Of a stretch of 64,000 nucleotides of DNA, positions 1-9,278 are shown piece after piece; position 1 is the stretch's first letter, and each line of letters opens with the position of its first letter. The translations under genes were made by a program, and so were the position numbers. This DNA is from a virus. Where the stretch lies: IMG/VR virus record IMGVR_UViG_3300031963_009342, positions 1 through 64,000 of that record; one strand, 5' to 3'. Below the pieces are notes generated by a model. It had not been told where the DNA came from. It searched no databases and saw nothing but the letters and a program-made list of their open reading frames with translations.

Positions 1-325
1 CAAGTGGTAGCAGTGGTACAAGTGGTAGCAGTGGTACAAGTGGTACAAGTGGTACAAGTGGTAGTAGTGGAACTGCCGGTACAAGTGGTAGCAGTGGTAC
101 AAGTGGTAGCAGTGGTACAAGTGGTAGCAGTGGTACAAGTGGTACAAGTGGTACAAGTGGTAGTAGTGGAACTGCCGGTACAAGTGGTAGCAGTGGTACA
201 AGTGGTAGCAGTGGTACAAGTGGTAGCAGTGGTACAAGTGGTACAAGTGGTACAAGTGGTAGTAGTGGAACTGCCGGTACAAGTGGTAGCAGTGGTACAA
301 GTGGTAGCAGTGGTACAAGTGGTAG
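1..325 (+). repeat. 99-bp perfect tandem repeat (about 3.3 copies) built from 9-bp AGTGGT(ACA/AGC/AGT) units; the degenerate 9-bp repeat continues to about 767
   Basis: GTAGTAGTGGAACTGCCGGT recurs at 61, 160 and 259; 1-60 is identical to 100-159. Confidence 0.95.
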
Positions 326-1361
326 TAGTGGAACTACAGGTACAAGTGGTAGCAGTGGTTCAACCGGTTCAAGAGGCAGTAGTGGTACAAGTGGTACAAC
401 CGGTACAAGTGGTAGCAGTGGTAGCAGTGGTAGCAGTGGCACAACCGGTACAAGTGGTAGTAGTGGTAGCGGTGGTACGAGTGGTACGAGTGGTAGTAGT
501 GGTGCAAACGGTGGTAATGGTACAAGTGGTACAAGTGGAAGTACAGGAAGTAACGGTACTAGTGGTAGTAGTGGAACTACCGGTACAAGTGGTAGTAGTG
601 GTACAAGTGGCGCCGGTGGTAGTAGCGGTAGTAGTGGTACCGGTGGTAGTAGTGGTGTAAGTGGCGTGGGTGGAACTAGTGGAACTAGCGGAAGTACTGG
701 AAGCAATGGTACAAGTGGTACTAGAGGAAGTAGTGGCACAAGTGGTAGTAGTGGAACAAGTGGAATCGGTGCTATAAGTGGTGGGTCGTTTACTAATACA
801 AATAGATTAATATATGATGATACGACCACATCTATAAAAGATAGTTCTTTTCTTTATCATGACACTACGAATAGTAGATTTGGTATAAATGTTGCTTCTC
901 CGGCCTTTAGATTAGATATGACCGATCAAGCGAGAATTGGAAAAGCTGAAATAGGTACTTGGCCGGCAGTTTCTACTTACGCTTATTTTGGACACGAAGC
1001 GTTGGATCATTCGGTCTTAGGAAATTACGCTTTATTACAATTTTCGGATGGAAACACATATTTGAACGCTGCGTCTGCGGCTAGTATATATTTACGTATA
1101 GACAATACAACTGCATTTGTAGTTGATTCAAATAGACGTACAGGAGTTGGAGCTGCACCGGATGTGAATGGAAGATTGTATGTATTTGGTGAAGGTTCAA
1201 CTAGTAATTTTCTTTCTATAGCGAATTGTAATGGAGATAAAACTGCTAGTACGACTGGATATACGTTTGCGGGATTTATTAGTATATATGTGAACAATAC
1301 TGTTACTGGATTTGGTTCTGCTAATGGAACGTATTATTTTCCAATTTACAGCAAACCATAA
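3..1361 (+). CDS. Gly-Ser/Thr collagen-like (G-X-Y) repeat fibre protein, 5'-partial
   Basis: Frame 3 is open from the window edge and reads SGSSGTSGSSGTSGT..., in frame with the listed ORF 666..1361. The C-terminal part has fibre-type motifs (RFGINVASPAFRLD, RTGVGAAP..GRLYV). Confidence 0.8.
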   Translation, partial: SGSSGTSGSSGTSGTSGTSGSSGTAGTSGSSGTSGSSGTSGSSGTSGTSGTSGSSGTAGTSGSSGTSGSSGTSGSSGTSGTSGTSGSSGTAGTSGSSGTSGSSGTSGSSGTTGTSGSSGSTGSRGSSGTSGTTGTSGSSGSSGSSGTTGTSGSSGSGGTSGTSGSSGANGGNGTSGTSGSTGSNGTSGSSGTTGTSGSSGTSGAGGSSGSSGTGGSSGVSGVGGTSGTSGSTGSNGTSGTRGSSGTSGSSGTSGIGAISGGSFTNTNRLIYDDTTTSIKDSSFLYHDTTNSRFGINVASPAFRLDMTDQARIGKAEIGTWPAVSTYAYFGHEALDHSVLGNYALLQFSDGNTYLNAASAASIYLRIDNTTAFVVDSNRRTGVGAAPDVNGRLYVFGEGSTSNFLSIANCNGDKTASTTGYTFAGFISIYVNNTVTGFGSANGTYYFPIYSKP

Positions 1362-1378
1362 TATAGTTATTACTAGTT

Positions 1379-1648
1379 ATGAATAATATAAGATATAGAA
1401 TTTCTAGATGTGACGAAGTTGCAAATTTGCAAGTGAAACATGTTTGTTTAAGTGTGGAACGTGAAGATAATGTTGGTGAACAAATATCTCATTGTATTGC
1501 ACTAAGTGGATCACAATATTTGGGAAAAACTAATCAAGAATGTGTAGATTTAGCGTTTAGTTTAATGAGCGAGTCTATTTCTCGTAGTGTTAGCAAATTA
1601 AGTTCCATTGATTATTCTATAGTTGGTAGTTATTATATACCGAATTGA
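1379..1648 (+). CDS. Hypothetical protein, possible fibre assembly/chaperone
   Basis: 89 aa ORF directly after the fibre gene; function inferred from position only. Confidence 0.5.
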   Translation: MNNIRYRISRCDEVANLQVKHVCLSVEREDNVGEQISHCIALSGSQYLGKTNQECVDLAFSLMSESISRSVSKLSSIDYSIVGSYYIPN

Positions 1649-2658
1649 AAACCATAACTTTAAGTTCGAACTATAGTTACGTTAGTGGATATGGTATTAT
1701 TTTAGAGTCTTTGTTGAAGGATTTACCCTATAATATAATACCCAGATCGTATGGTCCGATATCTTCTAGATTTGATGAATATTTCAATAAAAATTTTAAA
1801 TATTCATCTGATATTTTGGATTTAACGTTGTTGAGTATAAGTAATGATGTTGACGTTTTAAATCCGTTATTACATATATCTTTTGATAGACGCAGAGTTT
1901 TGTATACAATGTGGGAAAGTACTAGAGTTAACGATTTGATTATAGAAATTTTGAATAAATTCAAGTGTATTATAGTGCCAAACGATTATAACAAAATTAA
2001 CTTTATTAATCAAGGATTGAACGTTCCAGTTGAAGTTGTTAATTTATTTTGTGATACCGAGACATTTGTTTATAAAGCTCCGGAGAATAGATCTAAGTTT
2101 GTGTTTGGTATTTCAAACGAAGATCCTAGAAAAAATATAGATAAAGTTACCCGTTGTTTTTTAAAAGCTTTTAAAAATATAAAAAACGTGGAACTACAAG
2201 TTAAAACGTGTGGAGAAATTAAATATAAAAATATAGATTCTCGTATTGTTTATACTACAAACAAACTTTCTAAACTTGATTTGCGGAATTGGTATTATAA
2301 TTTGGATGTATATGTGAGTGGCGCTACGTGTGAAGGGTGGGGTATGATGCAACAGGAAAGTATGTGTTGTGGTCGTCCTTTGATATATACAGATTATGCT
2401 GGACTTTCTGAATTTGTTAACTATAATAATGGGTTTGAAGTTGGATATACAGAAGTATTTAGTACTAAACAGTGGGGTGGTTTTTGTGGAAAATGGAGTG
2501 AATTTAACGAAGAGGAATTGGTTGAAAAAATGGTATATTGTTATAATAATAAAAAAGATGTACAAGAACGTGGGTACATATCTTCGGTGGAAGCTAAAAG
2601 GTTTACCGTTAATAAATTTATAAATAATCTGACGGATGTGATTAATTTATATATATAG
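1645..2658 (+). CDS. Glycosyltransferase family 4 (GT-B)
   Basis: N-terminal SGYG, YTMWES, RKNID and the EX7E motif EGWGMMQQE followed by CGRPLI. Confidence 0.9.
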   Translation: MKTITLSSNYSYVSGYGIILESLLKDLPYNIIPRSYGPISSRFDEYFNKNFKYSSDILDLTLLSISNDVDVLNPLLHISFDRRRVLYTMWESTRVNDLIIEILNKFKCIIVPNDYNKINFINQGLNVPVEVVNLFCDTETFVYKAPENRSKFVFGISNEDPRKNIDKVTRCFLKAFKNIKNVELQVKTCGEIKYKNIDSRIVYTTNKLSKLDLRNWYYNLDVYVSGATCEGWGMMQQESMCCGRPLIYTDYAGLSEFVNYNNGFEVGYTEVFSTKQWGGFCGKWSEFNEEELVEKMVYCYNNKKDVQERGYISSVEAKRFTVNKFINNLTDVINLYI

Positions 2659-2662
2659 CATT

Positions 2663-2881
2663 ATGGATGTATCATATTTGCAATCAAAACCTATTTTTGA
2701 GTTTTCAGACTTGGAATTAAAAGCGTTTGGCTTTGAAATAAGTGAAATTATTTTAAATCACGAAAAAAATTTGAATATGATTCGGGTTGAATTAACCAGA
2801 AGATCTTTATCAAAAGTAGTCACTTCTGTAACAAACGATCAACTGAATAATATATTGACTCAAAATAAAAAAACAATATAA
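2663..2881 (+). CDS. Hypothetical protein
   Basis: 72 aa ORF tightly packed after the GT4 gene. Confidence 0.55.
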   Translation: MDVSYLQSKPIFEFSDLELKAFGFEISEIILNHEKNLNMIRVELTRRSLSKVVTSVTNDQLNNILTQNKKTI

Positions 2882-3000
2882 TATTGCCAGGTTAAATTAT
2901 ATAAAGTATAAGCATATTAAGCGCTTTTATTGATTGTAATATAAATTTCTTAACATAAGTTATATAGTATAGTGCTTGTAAATGCTTATATTTATTATAA

Positions 3001-4170
3001 ATGATTAGTAATAATTACAAAATATATGTGGATATGGATGGTGTGCTTAGCGATTGGGAAGCACAATTCAAACGTTATAGTGGTGGAATACCGGTAGATA
3101 CTTATGATAGTTTATATGGCAAGAAAAATAGATATAAACTAGTAAATAAAAATAGTCCTGGTTATTATGCTAATATGCCATGGATGAAAGATGGTAAATT
3201 GCTTTATAACTTTATTGATGGTTTTCCTGATGTGGAAATATTGAGTCATGCACCTGATAACAAATCAAAAATAGGCAAAGAACAATGGTTAGCTAATAAA
3301 AATATTAAATTTAAAGCAAATCTAGTATCTAATAGGCAAGATAAAGCTAAATATGCTACTTCAAATAGCGTATTGATAGATGACCGTGAAGATGTTGTAA
3401 ATGATTTTATTAATGCTGGTGGTAAAGCTATTCTTCATATCAATTCTATAAACACTATTAATCAATTAAAAGAATTGACGGGTATTAAAGAAAAACATAG
3501 AATATATAATAGTATACTAAATCCTACTATATGGTCTACAGAAAATAATTTAAGAACAGAAGTACTTAATGCTTTAATAAATGTTGCTGAAACTTTTTAC
3601 GAAGATAGTGAATTGAACGTTCCTCTTGAAGATGTTTACTTTCTTGGCAGTACAGCTGGATACAATTGGACGCCCACAAGCGATATAGATTTACATTTGG
3701 TGGTAGACTTTAGTAAGATTGGTACCAATCAAGAGTTAGTAAAGAATTATGTTGACGGCTTAAAAAATAAGTGGAATCAATCACATGATATAAAGATAGG
3801 CAATCATCCGGTTGAAGTTTATATTCAAGATATTAAAGAATTAAACAAAAGCCAATCGGTATATAGCTTGATGAAAAATCATTGGATTAAAAAACCAAAA
3901 CATGAAGATATTTATATTGATAAAGATACCATAAAAAAGAAATACAAACAACTGACACACTCAATAGATAGAGCTATATCAGACGCTGATATAGAGAAAA
4001 TAAAGAAGTTGATTAAACGTGTATATGATATACGACAATCTGGATTAGATAAAAGCGGAGAATACAGTACCGAGAATTTAGTGTTTAAACTTTTAAGATC
4101 AACTGGATATATAAATAAACTGAGAGACACAATCACTCAACTAACAGATAAAGAATTATCTAAAATATAA
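3001..4170 (+). CDS. Fusion of HAD 5'(3')-deoxyribonucleotidase-like domain and Pol-beta-superfamily nucleotidyltransferase domain
   Basis: N-terminal IYVDMDGVL, ILS, GKEQW and VLIDDR (HAD motifs I-IV); C-terminal GSTAGYNWTPTSDIDLH (GS..DxD) and PVEVYIQD. Confidence 0.85.
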   Translation: MISNNYKIYVDMDGVLSDWEAQFKRYSGGIPVDTYDSLYGKKNRYKLVNKNSPGYYANMPWMKDGKLLYNFIDGFPDVEILSHAPDNKSKIGKEQWLANKNIKFKANLVSNRQDKAKYATSNSVLIDDREDVVNDFINAGGKAILHINSINTINQLKELTGIKEKHRIYNSILNPTIWSTENNLRTEVLNALINVAETFYEDSELNVPLEDVYFLGSTAGYNWTPTSDIDLHLVVDFSKIGTNQELVKNYVDGLKNKWNQSHDIKIGNHPVEVYIQDIKELNKSQSVYSLMKNHWIKKPKHEDIYIDKDTIKKKYKQLTHSIDRAISDADIEKIKKLIKRVYDIRQSGLDKSGEYSTENLVFKLLRSTGYINKLRDTITQLTDKELSKI

Positions 4171-4231
4171 AAAACTTTGTATAAAATCAAATTTTATAAT
4201 ATTTATATCTAGAACATAATAAGGTAAAAAT

Positions 4232-4723
4232 ATGGCAGAACTACTAAATCCAAACGAAATATTTGCAACCGCATTCGAACCAAAAATCAAGAACAGATTT
4301 ATACTGTACGTCGACGGAATTCCATCTTTCATCATCAAGAAAACTGATCGCCCAAAACTAAGTCAAACCGCTAAAGAACTTGATCACATCAATATTCGTA
4401 CCTTCTATAAAGGTAAAAGCATTTGGCAAGCAATCACTATGGAACTGTATGATCCAATCGTACCAAGTGGTGCACAAGCTGTAATGGAATGGGTGCGTTT
4501 ACACCACGAATCTGTTACAGGTCGTGATGGTTATCAAGATTTCTACAAGAAAGATTTGACCGTAAATGTTCTCGGTCCTGTAGGCGACAAGGTAGAAGAA
4601 TGGAGTCTACGTGGATGCTTTATTACCGAGGCCAGTTTTGGTGATATGGATTGGAGTGACGATGGTAGTGCATTAACAATATCGTTGACCGTGCAGATGG
4701 ACTACGCAATCTTACAATATTAA
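4232..4723 (+). CDS. Tail tube protein (T4 gp19-like)
   Basis: EPKIKNRF, WQAITMELYDP, VMEW, YKKDLTVNVLGPVGDKVEEWSLRGCF and DMDWS follow the typical contractile tube pattern. Confidence 0.9.
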   Translation: MAELLNPNEIFATAFEPKIKNRFILYVDGIPSFIIKKTDRPKLSQTAKELDHINIRTFYKGKSIWQAITMELYDPIVPSGAQAVMEWVRLHHESVTGRDGYQDFYKKDLTVNVLGPVGDKVEEWSLRGCFITEASFGDMDWSDDGSALTISLTVQMDYAILQY

Positions 4724-4747
4724 TATCAATATAACCTTATTAAAAAG

Positions 4748-4775
4748 AACCCCGATGGAAACGTCGGGGTTTTTC
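4748..4775 (+). terminator. Rho-independent terminator
   Basis: AACCCCGATG-GAAA-CGTCGGGGTT hairpin followed by a T-run. Confidence 0.9.
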
Positions 4776-4788
4776 TATTTATTATTAT

Positions 4789-5700
4789 ATGAATCTAGGC
4801 AAGAAACTATTTGTAATTTATCCAGGCAGATTTCATCCCTGGCATAAAGGGCACAAAGGCGTATTTGATTATTTAAGTACAAAATACGGTGGTAACGAAG
4901 TATATATAACAACTACCGATAAAGTAGAGCTACCAAAGTCGCCATTTACGTTCGACGAAAAAGCTAAGATGATGGTTTTAACCGGTATACCGTTAAATAA
5001 AATAATAAAAGTAGTACAAAATTATAATGTACAAAATTTAGTGGGTAAAATTCCAATTGATATCAATAGAGACAGTATCATATTTGTTGTAAGTGAAAAA
5101 GATATGGCGGAAGATCCAAGATTTAGTAAATTTACTAAAAAGGATGGATCTCCAACTTATTTACAACCAATTCCTAAAAATTTAACCAAGTTACAACCAG
5201 CTATAACTCATGGATATATTGATACAGTACCCACAACAGATTTTACAGTATTGGGTATGCCAGCTAGAAGTGCTAGTCAATTAAGAACACAATATACAAA
5301 TTTGACTTCTCAAAACAGAAAAGAGTTTATTAAAGATTTATTTGGTAAGTATGATGACGGGGTATTTAATATTATGAACACAAAATTAGGTAATTCAGCT
5401 CAACCGATATCAGAAAACCAAAAGAATATATTAAAACGATTGATTCGTGGAGTTTTAAAAGAAGATGAATCTAAGGTTAAAAACATGAAGAAGTTAGCTG
5501 ATATGGCTTTGCAAAAACAAAGACAGGCAGAATTAGACGATGCAAATGAAAAATTAGATTCAGCCGAAGCACAACAAGACGTGGCTACATCTGATGAAGA
5601 TAAAAAGAAATCTGATGATGCTGTTAAAAGAGCTAAGGATATTGTTAAAAAAGCTGACATGATGCTTCAAGCGGCTAAACATCAAGTACAATCAAGTTAA
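4789..5700 (+). CDS. HIGH-family (cytidylyltransferase-like) nucleotidyltransferase with C-terminal coiled-coil extension
   Basis: YPGRFHPWHKGH (HxGH), SPFTFDEK and SASQLR; charged helical tail. Confidence 0.8.
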   Translation: MNLGKKLFVIYPGRFHPWHKGHKGVFDYLSTKYGGNEVYITTTDKVELPKSPFTFDEKAKMMVLTGIPLNKIIKVVQNYNVQNLVGKIPIDINRDSIIFVVSEKDMAEDPRFSKFTKKDGSPTYLQPIPKNLTKLQPAITHGYIDTVPTTDFTVLGMPARSASQLRTQYTNLTSQNRKEFIKDLFGKYDDGVFNIMNTKLGNSAQPISENQKNILKRLIRGVLKEDESKVKNMKKLADMALQKQRQAELDDANEKLDSAEAQQDVATSDEDKKKSDDAVKRAKDIVKKADMMLQAAKHQVQSS

Positions 5701-5745
5701 ATATAATAACAAAAAAGTTATAACAAGTTCTATATATTATAAGTT

Positions 5746-6558
5746 ATGAACGACGAAATTTTAATTACACGTAGTAATCAATCCAAAGAAGTTACACAAC
5801 CAACATATCCTACAGAACGTATAGATTTACCAAGCAAAGGTTATTTCTATAGTGAAAGTGATCCATTAAGTACGGGATATGTTGATATGAAGATGATGAC
5901 CGCTAAAGAAGAAGATATTCTCACCAGTCAAAATCTTATCAAAAAAGGCGTGGTATTGGATAAACTATTAGAAAGTTTGATAGTAACACCAGGCGTAAAT
6001 ATTGAAAGTTTATTATTGTGTGACAAAAACGCTTTGTTTGTAGCTGCTAGACGATTGGCATATGGTGATAGTTATGGACCTGTACAAGTTAGATGTCAAA
6101 AGTGTTATGAAGAATCTAAACAAGTTGTAAATTTAGGCGAGTTACGTGAAAAACCATACGAGTTTGAAAAGGTACAAAAAGGACATAATAATTTTCAGTT
6201 TGTATTACCTTATTCTAAAAAAACAGTTGTATTCAAACTATTGAGTTCAAAAGATGAAACCGATATTGATAATGAATTGAAAGCAACTGCTAAGTTTGTA
6301 AAGTCAGGTGGTAGTACTGAAATTACTACCCGTTTGAAAAAGATGATAGTTTCTATTGATGATAAATCGGATAGAGCTACCATTAATAAATTTGTTGATA
6401 ATGAACTTTTATCAAAAGACAGTATGGCTTTGAGATCTTACGCTAGACAAATTTCACCTGAATTAGACATGTCTTTCAATTTCACTTGTGCAAATTGCAG
6501 TCATGAAGAAAGGATGGATGTACCGATGACGGTACAGTTTTTTTGGCCTGAGTCCTGA
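5746..6558 (+). CDS. Baseplate hub / tail assembly chaperone (T4 gp26-like)
   Basis: IDLPSKG, MTAKEEDIL, two CxxC motifs and a terminal FFWP; lies upstream of the tape measure gene. Confidence 0.8.
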   Translation: MNDEILITRSNQSKEVTQPTYPTERIDLPSKGYFYSESDPLSTGYVDMKMMTAKEEDILTSQNLIKKGVVLDKLLESLIVTPGVNIESLLLCDKNALFVAARRLAYGDSYGPVQVRCQKCYEESKQVVNLGELREKPYEFEKVQKGHNNFQFVLPYSKKTVVFKLLSSKDETDIDNELKATAKFVKSGGSTEITTRLKKMIVSIDDKSDRATINKFVDNELLSKDSMALRSYARQISPELDMSFNFTCANCSHEERMDVPMTVQFFWPES

Positions 6559-6763
6559 GTATAGATTGCATCTTCACGAACAAATATTTCAGTTAAGTTA
6601 TTTCTCTAATGGAGCTATAAACGTAATTATAGCTTATAATCTGCCTGTATATCTACGCAACTTTTATTATAAACAACTTGTTAAATTCAAAGAACAAGAA
6701 AACAAATCATATGATAAAAGTTCATCTCCTCCGACAAAAACAAAAATAGATAAACCATTTTAA
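6539..6763 (+). CDS. gp51-like hub/tail chaperone segment, probably made as a frameshifted extension of 5746..6558
   Basis: Frame opens at 6530, has no ATG, and reads FFGLSPEYRLHLHEQIF...YNLPVYLRNFY from the T7 run at 6538-6544. Confidence 0.7.
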   Translation, partial: FFGLSPEYRLHLHEQIFQLSYFSNGAINVIIAYNLPVYLRNFYYKQLVKFKEQENKSYDKSSSPPTKTKIDKPF

Positions 6764-6797
6764 AATATAATATATCTATATTTATATTATATAATTT

Positions 6798-9263
6798 ATG
6801 GCAGATAAATTAACATCATCTGATTTAGATTCAATGAAAAAATCGTTGGATCTTATGACCGATTTGTCTAAAAATTTACGTAGTGAGTTTATTAAAATAA
6901 AGAACACAACTGACGTTTTAAGTCAGGATTTCAAGGACATTGTAAAATCCGCGACGGATAATAAAAATATAGCGGAAAGATATCTAATAACACAGAAAGT
7001 AATTGCTGTTTATTCTGAAAAAATTAACGAATTAAAATCCAAATCGGGATATTTAGACAAAGTTTCTCTGCAGTTTAAAAAGAACGAAGTACTTTTACAA
7101 AATCAAATCGTTAAACAAAATATTAATCTACTTACAGATCAGATAAACAAAGGTAAAATAGACGCGGCCGAAGGACTCAAACGAATTGAATCGTTAAAAA
7201 TGCAAAGAATTGAACGATTGGGAGAACTGAATGTTTTAGAACGATTAAACGGTAAGAACAATAAAACTCTTGACAACTTATACAAACAACGTGAATCCTC
7301 GGAAGAAATTATAAATAATATTGAATTAATCAGTGAAAATGAAAGCATAAGAAACAAACTTTTAGGAATAGGTAAAAAAATATTAGGCGATATGGGTACG
7401 CTCGGTTCAGCGATCACAAAATCGTTTGACGTGGAAAAATTAAATAAATGGAAAGTTGCCCTAGAACTCGTGACGCTTATTTTAGAAAAGGGTTACGAAA
7501 ATTTCAAATCATTCGATAAAACTGCAGTTTCGGTAAGATCTAATTTAGGCGTTCTTCCTGGTCAAGCAAATAAACTTGAATCATTAATTAAAGAAGTCGG
7601 CATCGATTCCATGCATTTGGGTGCAACGTTTGAAGATATAGGTAAATCTATAACGGCAATTGCTGGTGAGTTTAATTCTCTTGTTGCACAAGATAAAGAA
7701 TTGTTAAAAACAACAACTGCTTTAGCAAAACAGTTTGGAATTGCAGAAGGAACTAGTGTCAAGTTCTTGAAAACACTTGGTGGTATATCGGGCAGTTCTA
7801 CATCTTCACAGAGATCAATGGCAGGATTTGCACAAAAAATAGCACAAGCTGCGGGCGTACCTCTGGGAAAAATAATGGAAGATATTGCAAATGCAAGTGA
7901 TGATGTTAGAATATATGTTGGTAGTTCTGCTGTTTCTATGATAAAAGCTGCCGCTGCGGCAAGAATGATGGGTATTGATTTAAATAAAGCGGCTTCAAGT
8001 GCAGAAAAACTTCTTCAATTTGAAACTAGTATAAATGCGGAATTAAAAGCGAGTGCTTTACTAGGTCAAAATATTAATTTTAATTATGCTCGACAGTTGT
8101 CATTTAACAAAAATATAATTGGAGCTAATCAAGAAATATTAAAAATTGCAAAACAAGTTAATTTCAATCAACTAAATCCAATTCAACAAAAAGCATTTGC
8201 CGATGCAGCGGGTAAGAGTGTAGGTGAATTACAAGATATGTTGACACAAGAGAAGAATATACAACTTGTCAGAGACGGTACTAACGAAAAAGCAAAGAAA
8301 GCTTTGGCAGATTACGAACGATTAATGCAATTGAAAGAAGAAGAAGCAAAAAATATAGGTAAAGTCGCAGAACAGGAAATTTTGAGAAAAGCTAATCAAG
8401 AAAAATTAGCACAAATACAAAATAAATTTAACCAACTCATGAGTGAGTTATCTGAACCTGTTATGGAAATTACGGGATATCTACTAGATATAGCAATCGG
8501 CATAATGCCTCTTGTTACAAATGTTGTCAAATCGGGAATATTTATGTTTAAAGGATTATCCGTAATAGTTGGTTTTGTATCAACCAAGCTTGGAGAATGG
8601 ATAACAAAAATTTCGGCGTTTGTTGGTCCACTAAGTCGTTCAAGTAAAATTTTGTTAAGCATTGGAAAGTTTATACTTCCAATTATCACAGCTTTCGGAA
8701 AATGGTTAACTCCGATTGGATGGGTAATAACAGCTTTTATGGGACTTAAAAGCTTAATGGATGGTTTCAAAAAATATTGGGATGAAAGTGCCGATTGGCC
8801 ATCAAAAATGTGGACTGGATTAAAATTATTAGCAAAAGCTATAATTGAAGCATTTTTACCATTTGAAGATGTACGTAAATATTTAGACAAATGGTTTTTC
8901 GGAAAATCTCCATCAATGGCCGGAAAATTAATAATGAAAGGATTTTCTTCAATAGGTCCTGAATTACACGATTCTTTAACAAGACCGATGGAGAGTGCTT
9001 ATAAAGATATTGAAGACATGTCTCCACCTGGAATAAACGTAGAAAATACTACTACAAACAAACTTGTTGAAAAATCGGATAACGAATTGATATCTGCTAT
9101 TAATACAAGTAACCAACAATTAATTGCAAAAATGGACCAGTTAATAAATTTGATGGCAAATGGTGGTATTGCTGTAAACATGGATGGTCAACGTGTACAA
9201 AATGCTTTATCAAGAGTTAACTATAGATCAGGTGGATTTGGTCAATCAACAACATTAGCTTAA
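6798..9263 (+). CDS. Tail tape measure protein
   Basis: 821 aa helical, Ala/Gln/Leu-rich protein with hydrophobic segments near aa 570-680; follows the chaperone genes. Confidence 0.85.
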   Translation: MADKLTSSDLDSMKKSLDLMTDLSKNLRSEFIKIKNTTDVLSQDFKDIVKSATDNKNIAERYLITQKVIAVYSEKINELKSKSGYLDKVSLQFKKNEVLLQNQIVKQNINLLTDQINKGKIDAAEGLKRIESLKMQRIERLGELNVLERLNGKNNKTLDNLYKQRESSEEIINNIELISENESIRNKLLGIGKKILGDMGTLGSAITKSFDVEKLNKWKVALELVTLILEKGYENFKSFDKTAVSVRSNLGVLPGQANKLESLIKEVGIDSMHLGATFEDIGKSITAIAGEFNSLVAQDKELLKTTTALAKQFGIAEGTSVKFLKTLGGISGSSTSSQRSMAGFAQKIAQAAGVPLGKIMEDIANASDDVRIYVGSSAVSMIKAAAAARMMGIDLNKAASSAEKLLQFETSINAELKASALLGQNINFNYARQLSFNKNIIGANQEILKIAKQVNFNQLNPIQQKAFADAAGKSVGELQDMLTQEKNIQLVRDGTNEKAKKALADYERLMQLKEEEAKNIGKVAEQEILRKANQEKLAQIQNKFNQLMSELSEPVMEITGYLLDIAIGIMPLVTNVVKSGIFMFKGLSVIVGFVSTKLGEWITKISAFVGPLSRSSKILLSIGKFILPIITAFGKWLTPIGWVITAFMGLKSLMDGFKKYWDESADWPSKMWTGLKLLAKAIIEAFLPFEDVRKYLDKWFFGKSPSMAGKLIMKGFSSIGPELHDSLTRPMESAYKDIEDMSPPGINVENTTTNKLVEKSDNELISAINTSNQQLIAKMDQLINLMANGGIAVNMDGQRVQNALSRVNYRSGGFGQSTTLA

Positions 9264-9278
9264 TACTATTTATAATAA

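Noticed and set aside
4-660. 218 aa Val/Gln-rich ORF (and His/Tyr-rich antisense ORF 334..534)
   Set aside because: Shadow frames of the 9-bp repeat. Frame 3 (Gly-Ser-Thr) is continuous with the downstream domain and shows third-position variation.
1-767. CRISPR array or satellite DNA
   Set aside because: No unique spacers; it is a coding tandem repeat.
6538-6551. Classical -1 frameshift
   Set aside because: The -1 frame hits TGA after two codons; only +1/-2 reaches the downstream ORF.
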